DNA of 64,000 nucleotides. Source: the human T2T-CHM13v2.0 reference genome, Homo sapiens. Below the pieces are notes generated by a model. The model saw nothing but the letters and a program-made list of their open reading frames with translations, made no database searches and was not told the DNA's origin. This document shows, in pieces, positions 42,782-55,570 of the stretch (positions are counted from its first letter, which is position 1; the number at the start of each line of letters is the position of its first letter). The stretch is taken from the NCBI RefSeq assembly GCF_009914755.1, contig NC_060932.1; one strand, 5' to 3'. The position numbers and the translations under genes were made by a program.

Positions 42782-43898
42782 TTAAAAAAAACTTGAGAAA
42801 TGCTTCTAAGATGAATAATACACAATTAAGTCAATTACCTGACTTCAAATATTATTATAACTGCATGTGGACAAGAAGACAAAACCTTCAAGGAAAAAAA
42901 GTTTTGATATTATGAGATTATGGGTAACATTGTATTCCCAGCCTTGAATTTCTGTTATTGTTACTATAATATGTGTACAATTTTTTTTTAGTGAAGTAAA
43001 ACAAACAAGTAAAAGAAAGGTTGAAACTTCACAATGTAGAGATCAACCAGCCTGAACCTCTCATTTTACGGGTGACAAGTTGAATACAAAACTTCGGTGG
43101 AATTGAACGGGCTTATTTCAGTGGAAATAGTGAGAAATACTCATTTTCCCAAGTGCCTATTAGAGGTGCTGTCATTTTCCAGGAGCCAATAGAAAAACAC
43201 ATAAAAGCAGTGCATTGGTGTGATCTGGGCTGTTTCTCTGAAATCACTCAGCTCGCTTTCAACTGCTGCGTTCCACAACACAATGTGGTTCTACATTAAC
43301 CACATTACATCATAAAGAGATCATTAAATGACTCCTTATGGAAAGGGAGGGAAGAAATGATGTTTAGAGAACCTGGTAGTATCGGAGGCATCATCCTCCT
43401 TCTCTGCTGCCTATCTGTGTCGCACTCACTCTTGAGGTTATGCAAAGAAAATGTTGACAATTTAGGTGCCAGCTGTTGTTTGACGAATAGCAAATAAATG
43501 ACTGTGAAGTCCTTTGGAAAACAGAGCAAAACCAAATTAGTGATTCCCCTCTTCTGCCTCCCAACATCTTCACCTCCAGGGCCTTCTTTACACTGACTAT
43601 ATTTCCTCTGATTTCATTGTCCCAATGAGACAGTAATCCTACTGAGAGAACAGATAGGGTTCTTGGAGACTAGAAATTATGTTTATTGAATGGTTAAGGC
43701 ATTGTTTTTTTATCATAAGCTATAATTTAAAGTTACTAAGAAAACAGGCCAGGTCTCTGTAATGTAGGGAAGCAGAGATCAGATTATCTTCTGGGGGATA
43801 GTGGAGGAGGGTTGTAACCACCCCAAGTCCTTGAGTGAGGATGGAACCTAGGGCTCAACAGCAGAACCCTAAGAACGGATATTTTTGCCTAGGCCTAA

Positions 43899-44215
<317 letters not shown>

Positions 44216-47122
44216 TCATCAGCATTTTTAGACAGCTACCCCTCTGTGATACTCTGTGGTGAGAAATAAGTTTAAGAGATAAGTATGCAGTTATGAGGAA
44301 AGGTGATAGAACCACACCATTTTTATGAATAATATACTAAAATATATTCTTAAAAAACTTGTCAGTTGTATATTTGATAATAGCATATTTTTACTTAGTC
44401 CTTATTAAAGATCTCGGGAAATTCAAATCTGTTTCATCTTTGATCAGGAGAGAAGATGTTGCCCATCCTTAGCCCAGAATTAGAAAGGAGAAATCATGTG
44501 ATTGGCCAAGGTGGTGATGAGAGTCTCTTCAGAAGGGAAGACTTCCAGTTGCAAGGTCAGGTGACCCAATCAACTGCCTTTGAACATCTGGAAAAATCTT
44601 CTAAAACTCTTCCTTCTCAAGAAGTCCTGCAACTGGAGCTACTAATGAAAGCTCTTTCCAGTAGCCCTTACAGCTAATTTTCTGTTCACATATTTGTCTT
44701 CTGCTGTAAAGAGCTGTGCCTCATAGTGTATTAAGGGCTGGCTTTTCCTTTCATTGTAAGGGACTTTCCACCACAAACACAAGGCCATCATGGCCAGCAA
44801 TGCACAAAACAGCAGAGTATGGTCGGCCCTTAAAGACAAGGTTTGACTTACTCCTCTCTTCTCTTTTTTACAGACATGTTTCTCTACTATAAACTTCACT
44901 CTTAGCTTTATTTTCAAGAATAAAATATTTCTGTTTTCAAATTGGCATCTTACGATTCAGCAGACTAACCCAAGAAATAATTTTATGGAATAATCATAAT
45001 TCAATATCTTATTTCTTTTCAAAGGAACATTTAAAAGCTTATAAAACTAGGTATAACAATGAAGCTGTAAAAGAAAGTAAGAAAACACAATCAAAGTTAA
45101 AATGAACCAAGCTAAAAGGTAAATATAATTATTGGTGTTAGGCTCCATATTTGCCTACAGGCTTCCTAATATTCAGAGCAAAATGGAAAACAAACTGTTA
45201 TCCTAGCTCAGGTCACAGATCGCTCTGGCCATTCCCTTTTATCTGCCCTGTGTGCTTTCTTGGGCTCTTCTTCTGTTAACAGGACTCTTTTTTTCTTTGG
45301 GGAGGTTCTTCTCCACCCTCTGCCTAGGGCTGTCAATCAATGTGCCCCATCTTCTACCCTTCTGCATAGGACCCCCATTCCCTTGACATGGTGATTTTCC
45401 AGAGGATGGGTACCTAGGTACCTGGCCAATAAGAGTTCGAGATCAATAAGAGTCTTCCCAGAGGTTAATACATATGCTTTGGAATGGAGTTTATTGCCCA
45501 CTAAAGATGCTAAGCTGGAAAAATATAAATTGGGGCTATCCATTGGCTAAATTCCCTGCCCTGAGGAGCAGGCCTGTCTCCAGTGGGAGGAAGAAAACTG
45601 AACAGAGGAGAATTGCAAATGGAGAGAGAGCAAGCCCTGTGTACTGAGTTCTGGCTTCTGTCCCTGAGGCCCTGAAACCTGGCTGCTGCAGCTTTTGATT
45701 CTGACCATGATCCAAGAGTCCTTCCAAGCAGTGAGAGCAAGTAAATTCCATTCTTTGATTAGCAAGTCTGAGTAGAACTCTGCCACTTAAAACAAAAAAA
45801 GTCCAAATTAATACATCTTTCATTATTGGAAAGGAATCAGAATATCAGTTTAACAAGGAGCCCATTTTATTTTCTAAAATTAATTTTGAAAGAATTTTCT
45901 CACATGGGACTTAATAGCGCATATTGACTGATGTAATGGACAATGCCCTCAACCACATTTTTACAGTAAATGCAGAAGCGAATTTCATCTGATGGTTTCT
46001 AGTATAAACCTTGAATAAAAGCCAAGGGCATAACATTAAAGCAAAATTGAGTTAAAGCCATTTTGGAAGAATTAGCCCAGTGCACATAGAGTGTTCAACA
46101 TTTGAGTGGCTCAATTCACCCAAGAAAGCTTCAAGAAGTTGAAGGACACTTTTTAACTTTGACAGCTTTCTTCATGTGTTTCTTTGTTTCCCCATTTACC
46201 CAAACTTCTGATAAAGGTTGAATAACAAGTATTTTGAGATTCTAATTTTCAACCAGAGCTAACATTTTCCACTACTAAGTGAGAAAGGGATCTAAATGCT
46301 TCAGAGACTGGGGGAAATTAGAGGAGAGCAAAGTTATGCTACTTGTATCTGAATATAAGACCACTTGTCTCTGCACAGAATTGACCCCTGTGGGACCTTT
46401 GGGGATACCTGCAAGATATGCAGGCTGTTTTTTTCTATCAATAAACCTTGGATTTTCAACAACACAAAAACACATCATCAATTAGATCCCCAGAGTCATG
46501 AACCAAAACAGTTTTCACATGAAATTTATTCAAAGTAAGGATTTGTAGTTACCTGTTGTGATATGGGAAAACCACACAGCAGCTTGGCTTCCAGTGTGCT
46601 TTCCAGAGTGAATTAGTTTTAAAGTGTTTATTTTCTTTATTCCCTCCTCCCCAATTTCACCCAGTATCTGAACCAATGTATCCATCAAAGTAGTGTAATC
46701 AGAGAGTCTGCCTAGAAATGTATTTTAGTTAATCATGGCTAATACCAAGCCCTTCTTTCTCCCAGAAATCAGGATGATGTCCCTCTTGGAATTACTTTTG
46801 ATTTGTGACTGGTTTTGATCATGATTACACTTCCAGTACCTGGCGTAATACCTAGAACAAACTCCCAGTAAATATTTGCCAAACTAATGATAGAATCAGA
46901 TTTATATTTTGAAATGAGCACTCTGAATATATTCTAGAAATTGTATTGGATGAACACAAAAGTAGAGTGGGAATGCAGATGAAAGGCTCTGTGCCCACCC
47001 AGAGGAGGGCCGCTTGTGGCTTAATTCAGGCAGCAATAATGGGAACTGAGAGAATTGAGCTGGTTTGAGAGATATTTAGGAGGTCAGTTGGTGTTATGAA
47101 AAGATAAGGGAGAAAGAAGGAA

Positions 47123-47267
47123 CAAGGCCAGCTAGACATGTTGTGGGGCCCAGTGGGAAATGAAAATGCTGAGTCTCTCATTAAAAAATCATTAGGAATT
47201 TCAAGAGGGTAATAGTAGAGCACCAAACTGTGCATTGTACAGGACTTTTACTCATAAAGCCAGCTCT
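47123..47267 (-). mobile_element. MER45A-like hAT-Tip100 MITE
   Basis: ggggcccagtgggaaatgaaaatgc...aaaaatcattaggaatttcaaga matches the recalled MER45A consensus in reverse. Confidence 0.75.
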
Positions 47268-47561
47268 AAGAATAAAACATCCTATATTCATTATGCCCGG
47301 GGCGCTTCCATTTACTCACTGAGTGCCTACCATGACAGCCACTGTGGTAGGTACTTAATTCTACCTAAAAGCAATAATACAGGATTAGGATAGAAGCCCA
47401 AATGAAGAAGAAACCAAACATAGCTCCAATTTATAGCACCTAAGAGCATTTTCACCTGTAAGGAATTTTTTCTATTTTTACAGGAAAAATCAAGGGATTT
47501 GCCCTGATTCTTGGAGTACTTAAGTGCAAATTTTGAAGCATTTCAATTGTTGAAAACATAT

Positions 47562-48018
47562 CTTTTTTTTATATACTTTAAGTTTTAGGGTACATGTGCA
47601 CAACGTGCAGGTTAGTTACATATTTATACATGTGCCATGTTGGTGTGCTTCACCCAGTAACTCGTCATTTAATATTAGGTATATCTCCAAATGCTATCCC
47701 TCCCCCCTCCCCCAACCCCACAACAGGCCCCAGAGTGTGTTGTTCCCCTTCCTGTATCCATGTGTTCTCATTGTTCAATTCCCACCTATGAGTGAGAAAA
47801 TGCGGTGTTTGGCTTTTTGTCCTTGTGATAGTTTGCTGAGAATGATGGTTTCCAGTTTCATCCATGTCCCTACAAAGGACATGAACTCATCATTTTTTTT
47901 GGCTGCATAGTATTCCATGATGTATATGTGCCACATTTTCTTAATCCGGTCTATCATTGTTGGACATTTGGGTTGGTTCCAAGTCTTTGCTATTGTGAAT
48001 AGTGCCGCAATAAACATA
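47562..48018 (-). mobile_element. Young 5'-truncated L1PA (PA3/PA4-like) 3' end
   Basis: ORF2p C-terminus MFIAALFTIAKTWNQPKCP...LIGGN* followed by 3'UTR; TSD aaacatatctttttttt. Confidence 0.97.
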
Positions 48019-48514
48019 TCTTTTTTTTAAAACTTAGCATATATCTATTTGCCATCTCCTGGGTCAAAAAGCCAATGGAAAGCTCAATGAAATCTCCAAA
48101 TATTCTTAGGTTCACCTTGACAGATTTTTTTCTGAAGAGCAAAAGAGACTATAAAAAAACACTTATCAAACATGAGAGATTATGCCTTAAAACCACTTAA
48201 CTCTTATTTAAGATACTACTCTGAAATATGTAGATCTGAAAACAGGGAAGATTAAAACTCATTTTGCTAATGAGGGCTTAGCCCTTGAGGACTCCCTGGG
48301 TAAAATTGTATTATGGGCATTATCTGGGTCCACACTCTGCCCTCAATAACAAGAGAATAAAACTCTCCTCTGGTCATAGGTGGAGAATTAGCAGCACCTT
48401 GACATTTTGAAAGAACTAGTCTATCAAAATATATAACAGGGTTGTGACAAAAGAATGAATGGAAAAATCCTCTGGTAGGGGTAATTGCATATGATTGATA
48501 TAACAAATTATGAT

Positions 48515-48760
48515 TCAGCATTTACTGAGCTCCTACAGGATGCCATCCATTGTGTCAGATCCTTCTGCATGTGCACTGAGTTAAATTCTCACTGTAAGAT
48601 TGACATAGACCTTATCACTGAAGATATTAACAAATCCTATCAGTTGAGGGAAATTCAGGTTATGAGAGGTAAAGTGGTTTATCCAGGGTTGTGTAGCTGG
48701 TTATTGGCAGAGCCAGAACTTGAAGCTCGATCAACTCCACCTATAGGTCAATACTGTCCT
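48515..48760 (-). mobile_element. MIR SINE
   Basis: gcatttactgagctcctac...gagggaaattcagg...gagaggtaaagtggtttatccaggg...ggcagagccagaacttgaa. Confidence 0.75.
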
Positions 48761-48859
48761 AAGATTTCTGGATACAAGTTTCTGTATTTTCAAGGACTTC
48801 GTTCATGGGATTTCCCCGTATCATGAATACCTCTCTCTTCTGAATCATCCCTAATGCTT

Positions 48860-50460
48860 GTAGACATGTTCCAATATCCCTCACCTTCAAAAACAAAAAG
48901 AAGATGAAACAAAACCTTCTTCCTTACTGCACTGCTGTTCTCATTTGCTCTGCTCCCTTTCACAGACCTACTTCTTAAAAAGGCATTTGTCATCACCATC
49001 TCCACTTTCTCACCCAAATTTATTTATTACCTTTTTGCTTCTATCTCCACATTGCCAAATTCAGTCACTTTTCTGTTCTTATTTTATTATGTCTCTGGCA
49101 GTATCCAACAAAGTTGGCCATTCTCTCCTGCTTGAAATACTTTTTTTAATAATATATTTTGTCATCTATAACACCATATATCCTCGGTCTTCCTCTTACA
49201 ATCCTTTTCGGTTTTCCTCTTACCATCTCCTCGTAGATTCTTCTTCTGGAATACTTTTGCCAGTTCTTCTGTCTTTGCTTAACGAATAAATGTAGAGTGT
49301 TTCTGGAAATCTTTTTCTATATGCTCTTTTTAGGTGACCCCTCCAGTTGCTTGGCCACCTGTGTGAGCCATGTATCTATGACTCTCAAGCATAGTCTCTC
49401 CCCTGGACTTCAGACTTGACCACCCAACACCCAACCACCACCTTGAAATCCCCACTTGGATGTCCAGAAGATTTCTCAAACTTCACACTAATAAAACAGA
49501 GTCCTAGATTTCTCTCCTCCAATCCTGGTCCACCTCCCCTGTGCTTCTACATCTCAGTAAACATTACCACTCTCCACTTAAGAACCTTAAGACAGAAATC
49601 TGAATTATTCCTTTTTACTTCCTCATCACCATACTAACTCAATCAGTATGCCCTATTGCCTCTACCTGTGAAACATCTAAGTCCGTTCACTTTTTAAAAC
49701 ATTTTTTAAGTTTTTTGTTAATGCATAATAAATGTCCATAGTTTTGGGGTACATGTGATAATTTAAGACATTCATCTAATTTGTAAAGATAAAGTCAGTG
49801 TACTTGGGATATCCATCACCTTTTAAAAGTATTTGTCTTTTTATAAGCTAGAAACATTCAAATTATTCTTTTCCAGCTATGTTGAAATGTACAATAGATT
49901 ATTGTAAACTATAGTCACCCTACTGATCCATGTAACGCTAGATCTTATTTCTTCTATCAAACTGTATATTTGTACCCGTTAGTCAACTTCTCTTCATGGT
50001 CACTTTTATACATATCCATTTCTTTCACCCAAGTTAAAGTTACTATCCTATCCTGCCCGGGCTACACATGGTCTCCTAACTTCAACCTCATTGGTCTCTT
50101 TCGATTTCTTAAATATACCAAGCAGATTCTTTCCAGCTTGGTGCCTCCAAGGTAACTGTTTCCTCTACCTGGAACACTCTTCCCTTGATCCTTGCATGAT
50201 TTGCTTTGTCTTGTCATTCCATGAAAATAACTTTTACTCTGAAAAGCCTTAGCCAAGCCCCTAAAGTAGCCCCACAGTCACATCCACTCTCCTGAGCACT
50301 TGTTACCATCTGATTATGTTTGTTGGCTTGTTCGTTTGTTGACTGTTTGGAATATAAGCTTCACGAGGGCAGCTGTGTACCCTGTTCAATGGGACATCCT
50401 CAACACGGAGGCAGGGCCTGGTACAGCACAGTCCTCAATAAATACTTGATAACAAAATAA
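48860..50460 (+). mobile_element. L2a-like fragment interrupted by L1MA
   Basis: cacttggatgtcc, ctacatctcagtaaa, ttcctctacctggaacactcttccc, terminus ctcaataaatacttg. Confidence 0.8.
49695..49995 (-). mobile_element. L1MA-type 3' end
   Basis: ggggtacatgtgataattt...gggatatccatcacc...aactatagtcaccctactg. Confidence 0.85.
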
Positions 50461-50969
50461 ATAATTTATGTTGCATTTTGGAATAATAATTATATTCTTA
50501 GTTACACATTAGCTGTATCTAGAAGACTGATAATACTGGGGGACCAAATTACCTTTTAAAATTATATTTAAGCCTACTAAACAACAACTTCTGAGTTAAC
50601 AATATTAAGACAAATAAAGAATGACATGGCTCACAATTATAAATCAGCTATGGTTAAAGATACTCTTAAATAGTAAAAAATAATCAAGAAAATGTTATGG
50701 ATTTGGCCTCTCAAATTATGACCCTGTTGAACTATACAAAATATAAACAAAGAACAATATCTGAAACATTATTGAAATTTACTTTATAACTGAAAGTTAG
50801 TATAAGCAGTTAAAACTGAAAGTAAATATAGACAAAATAATTGAACATATTTGACAAAATATAGACATCTAAAAGTGAAAAGCATTTTAAAAGTGAGAAA
50901 ACTCCTAGAGAGTTTGAACTATTATATGGTATTTTCACCTTTAGATTATGAATAGCATGAATGAGATGA

Positions 50970-51180
50970 TAACAATGGTAATAACAATAAATTCACTATA
51001 AGTTCTTATAATTTAGAAGATACCATTCTAGAAGCTTTCCATGAATTATCTCATTAACTATTACTGCAGTCTTATGAAGTGAGTATTATGATCATTTCTA
51101 ATCTTATGCATGACAATTGAGATTTAAAGAGTATAACTTTCCAAGGTGACAAATTTAGCAGGTGTCAGAATCCAGTTCTG
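50970..51180 (-). mobile_element. MIR SINE
   Basis: gaattatctcatt...ttatgaagtgagtattatgatc...aactttccaaggtgac. Confidence 0.6.
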
Positions 51181-51844
51181 TCAGAAGAAATAAGTAGAAA
51201 ATAAAGGTGGGTTTGTTGGCGACTAGATAATCATAATAAACATTGATATAATCGTTTATAATTTTTCATAACCGTAGAAATTATACAACCTGTGTAAAGC
51301 CAAAATACTTTGGTGATTTCTGGGTTCAGAAGATAATGCCTTTTGTAGCTATGGAGCTTAGATCTTGTAGCTATATGTGTTTGACTGAGGGAAGTGGAAA
51401 TTCTCTAACTGGGATATCATACCAGGATGATGAATTACCTGTGCAAACTCTCACTATTGCAAGGTCCTATCTACCTGGAAATATAAGATTAAGGTTTGCA
51501 AATCCACTTGGGTAAGTGTGTCTCAAGATTTTAACCTATTTACTTATAATAATTTTCGTATTTGCCACCTAAGTTTTATACACAAGACTACCAAGGAATA
51601 GACATAAGTTGCAAGTGGTCACAGCTTGACCTGAAAACCTATATCAGTAAACCAGTGGAGCTCTCCTTAGAACAGTAAGGAAAAGAAGTGTAAGATATGA
51701 CTTCAGCTGATACAGTCAGCAAATACTTCTTGGATCTATCTGTCCCATACACTGGTCCAGGCCCTGGAAATTGAGCAGAGGTCAAATAACCCACTTCCCT
51801 CATGAAACTTACATTGATGGAATGAACTACTTTTTATATATTTA

Positions 51845-52178
<334 letters not shown>

Positions 52179-52891
52179 AAAACTTCAGGTAAAAGTAAAC
52201 CTTTCTTTCCTTTCATGTCAGAGACCACATATTGCAATGAGAGTGAAATCACATGAAACTTATAAATAAAACTGCCCTTCTATCAGAATGAAAGAAAGGA
52301 CAGGAACAGGTCAACTTGGTTATTTTCTCTCTAGACCCGTCATTGAGGGTAGCCACCAGAGGGCTACCTAGCCATACCTAGGTCACATACCTAAGTAACC
52401 TGATACAAAACTTTCTCCTACCTCCTCCTTTTTCCCACCTGTGAACCTAACACCCTGAAATTTAGCATCTAGAAGTATCTAAATGAAGACAGACATATAA
52501 TTTTTGCCCCTGAGCTCCCACCCTTTTGGACTGGAATTGGACATATCTCTGGAGCCACAAATCAGAGTCACATAGATGTGACTGCCAGCTTTTGTGACTT
52601 GGACTCAGTATCTTTTTACTGCGCCACCTTACGTTTCACTCAGACACCATCTGGTGATGGATTGGTCCGTCATGCGGTATCAGTCTGCAGAATCATCTTC
52701 AGTACTTTAAGGACAGTGCAGACTAGAGGAAAGATTCCAGGTTAGATGTCAGCTATTTGCCAATTAGATGACCTGGGTATGTAATGAGAATGCATAGCCC
52801 CACTTCGTCTGGTAAATTGGGACTGTAATTCTTACTTTGTTTTAGCCCACAGGATGATATGTATAGAAAGTGAGTTATAAACTGTAAATGA

Positions 52892-53210
52892 AGCTGGGCA
52901 CAGTGGCTCACACTTGTAATCCCAGCATTTTGGGAGGCCAAGGAGGGAGGATCACTTGAGCCCAGGAGTTTAAGATCAGACTAGGCAACATAGGGAGAAC
53001 TTGTCTCTAGAATAAAATAGAAAAACATAGCCAGGAGTGGTGGTATGTACCTATAGTCTCAGCAACTTGGGAAGCTGAGCTGGGAAGATAGCTTGAGGGG
53101 AGGAGTTCAAGGCTGCAGTGAGTTGTGATTGCACCACTACACTCCAGCCCCGGTGACAGAGCAAGACCCTGTCTCAAAAGACAATAATATTATAAATAAA
53201 TAAATAAACA
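52892..53210 (+). mobile_element. Alu, J-type
   Basis: Full dimer; TSD aaactgtaaatga on both sides. Confidence 0.95.
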
Positions 53211-53919
53211 AACTGTAAATGATACAAATATAAAAGAGCAATACTAACGACAAATAATAATACATATAATGAATGCATTGATAATGACAGTGAAAGTTAG
53301 AAGTGATTCTTTTAGCACAGAGATAAGAGATTAGCTCATGGCTCAGGCCAGGCCTCACAGATTATCTGTCTCCTGGTGGGACTAATGCAAGATCTGAAGT
53401 TTGGTCTGTAACTTTGTCATTTTGGTTTGTTCTATGGACCAAACTCTGGAGTACTGATTAACATCATTGTCTAGCAGTTGAAAGCTCTCTGATAACCTTG
53501 GGGAGTGCTAGATAGAATAGATACAATTTTGCCTTTTGATTTTCCTTTGCCCAAACAAGTGGTTCACATATGAAGATGTCTTTTGGAAGGGAAAAATAAA
53601 AATTACAGATTCCCATGTAATAGGGAAACTGAGTCTTAAAATCCAACACCACCATCTTATTTCTAAGTCGTTTTTACATTAGGGCTTGTTATAAACCTAG
53701 GTTATTTTGTTTTGCCTACGTGTAAATCTTGATGGATTCAAAAATTCCCCAAGTAACTTAGTGAGATTTCAAAAAGGTCCTTGATTTTAGCAGCGTTTTT
53801 ATAAAACTGTCAGTTACAGTAGATAACAATAGCAATTCTATTCTCCTCCATTTTAAACTGGAATTTACTGATTCAAATTTTTAAGAGAAAAAGTTCCTGA
53901 ACTTGTCCCCTTATTCTAG

Positions 53920-54276
<357 letters not shown>

Positions 54277-54333
54277 TGAATGAGGTAAAAAAGAAGCTTG
54301 AGAGGCAAAACAACCAACAGCAAATAACCCTAG

Positions 54334-54739
54334 TGTATTCATTCATTCTCACACTGCCATAAAGAAATACTGGAGACTGGGTAATTTATAAATAAAAGAG
54401 GTTTAAATGGCTCATGGTTCTGCAGGCTGTATAGGAAGTACAGTGGCGTCTGCTTGGTTTCTGGGGAGGCCTAGGGAAATTTACAATCATGGCGGAAGGC
54501 AAAGGAGGAGAAGGCACGTCTTACATGGTAGGAACAGAAGCAAGAAAGAGAGCCAGGAGGTGCTACACACTTTTACAAGAATTTACTCACCATCACAACA
54601 GTACCAAGGGGGATGGTGTTAAACCAGTCAAGAGAAACCACCCCTATGATCCATCACCTCCCACCAGGCCCCACCTTCAACACTGGGAATTACAATAGAA
54701 CATGGGATTTCGGTGGGGACACAGATCCAAGCCATATCA
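54334..54739 (-). mobile_element. MSTA-like (MaLR) solo LTR
   Basis: TG...CA termini (tgtatt...gccatatca), gagactgggtaatttata, caatcatggcggaaggcaaagg; perfect 5-bp TSD cctag (54329-54333 / 54740-54744). Confidence 0.95.
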
Positions 54740-55040
54740 CCTAGTAATCATCCTCACCTTCAGTTAAAGCAGCCTGTGTGTTTACTGATGAAATTAGCTA
54801 CTTGACACCAATCTTTTCAGCAATACTGCTGTCAGATAAGAGAATCATTGAGTAAAATGCCATTAATTGCAAATAATAAAACGTCATTCATTCAAATCAC
54901 GTAATGAGAAGTTTGAATTCTGTCTCCAAAACCAACCCTTACTTTTGTTTATTTATTTTTACCTAGTACCCAGGGCATGATTCTGTCTATGCTGTCATAG
55001 GTCTTTAGATTTTAGTTGCCATTAGCAGGCATTTTCATTC

Positions 55041-55221
<181 letters not shown>

Positions 55222-55449
55222 TAAGAAAGCTGTCTCTCTATTAAAGTTTTATGCGAAGAGGAAAACTAAATCAGTGGACAGAGCTAAGAGTTAGACGACC
55301 CAGACTTTCCTCCCTCCGTTGCCTCTGTTTCTGTCTTTGCAAAATAAGGAAATTTGACTAGCTTATCTTTAAAACCTCTACTTGCTCATTCTATGATGGT
55401 GCCTTGAGATGGAGATTCAGTGAGAGATTCTTGTTTCAGTGCTTTTATA

Positions 55450-55570
55450 TATTTAACAAATTTTCACCGAGTACCTATTACGTGTCAGGACCTGCTCTAG
55501 GAAATGTGGATACAACAATGGACAAAACGGACAAACCTATGTCCTCATGTAGTTTACATTCTAAGGCCTA
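55450..55570 (-). mobile_element. L2 3' end fragment
   Basis: atttaacaaattttcaccgagtacctattacgtgtcagg...tagtttacattcta. Confidence 0.7.

Noticed and set aside
47775-48017. ORF resembling L1 ORF2p C-terminus
   Set aside because: A fragment of a 5'-truncated L1 with no promoter, not a gene; the same applies to 36512-36815, 60427-60705 and 62425-62616
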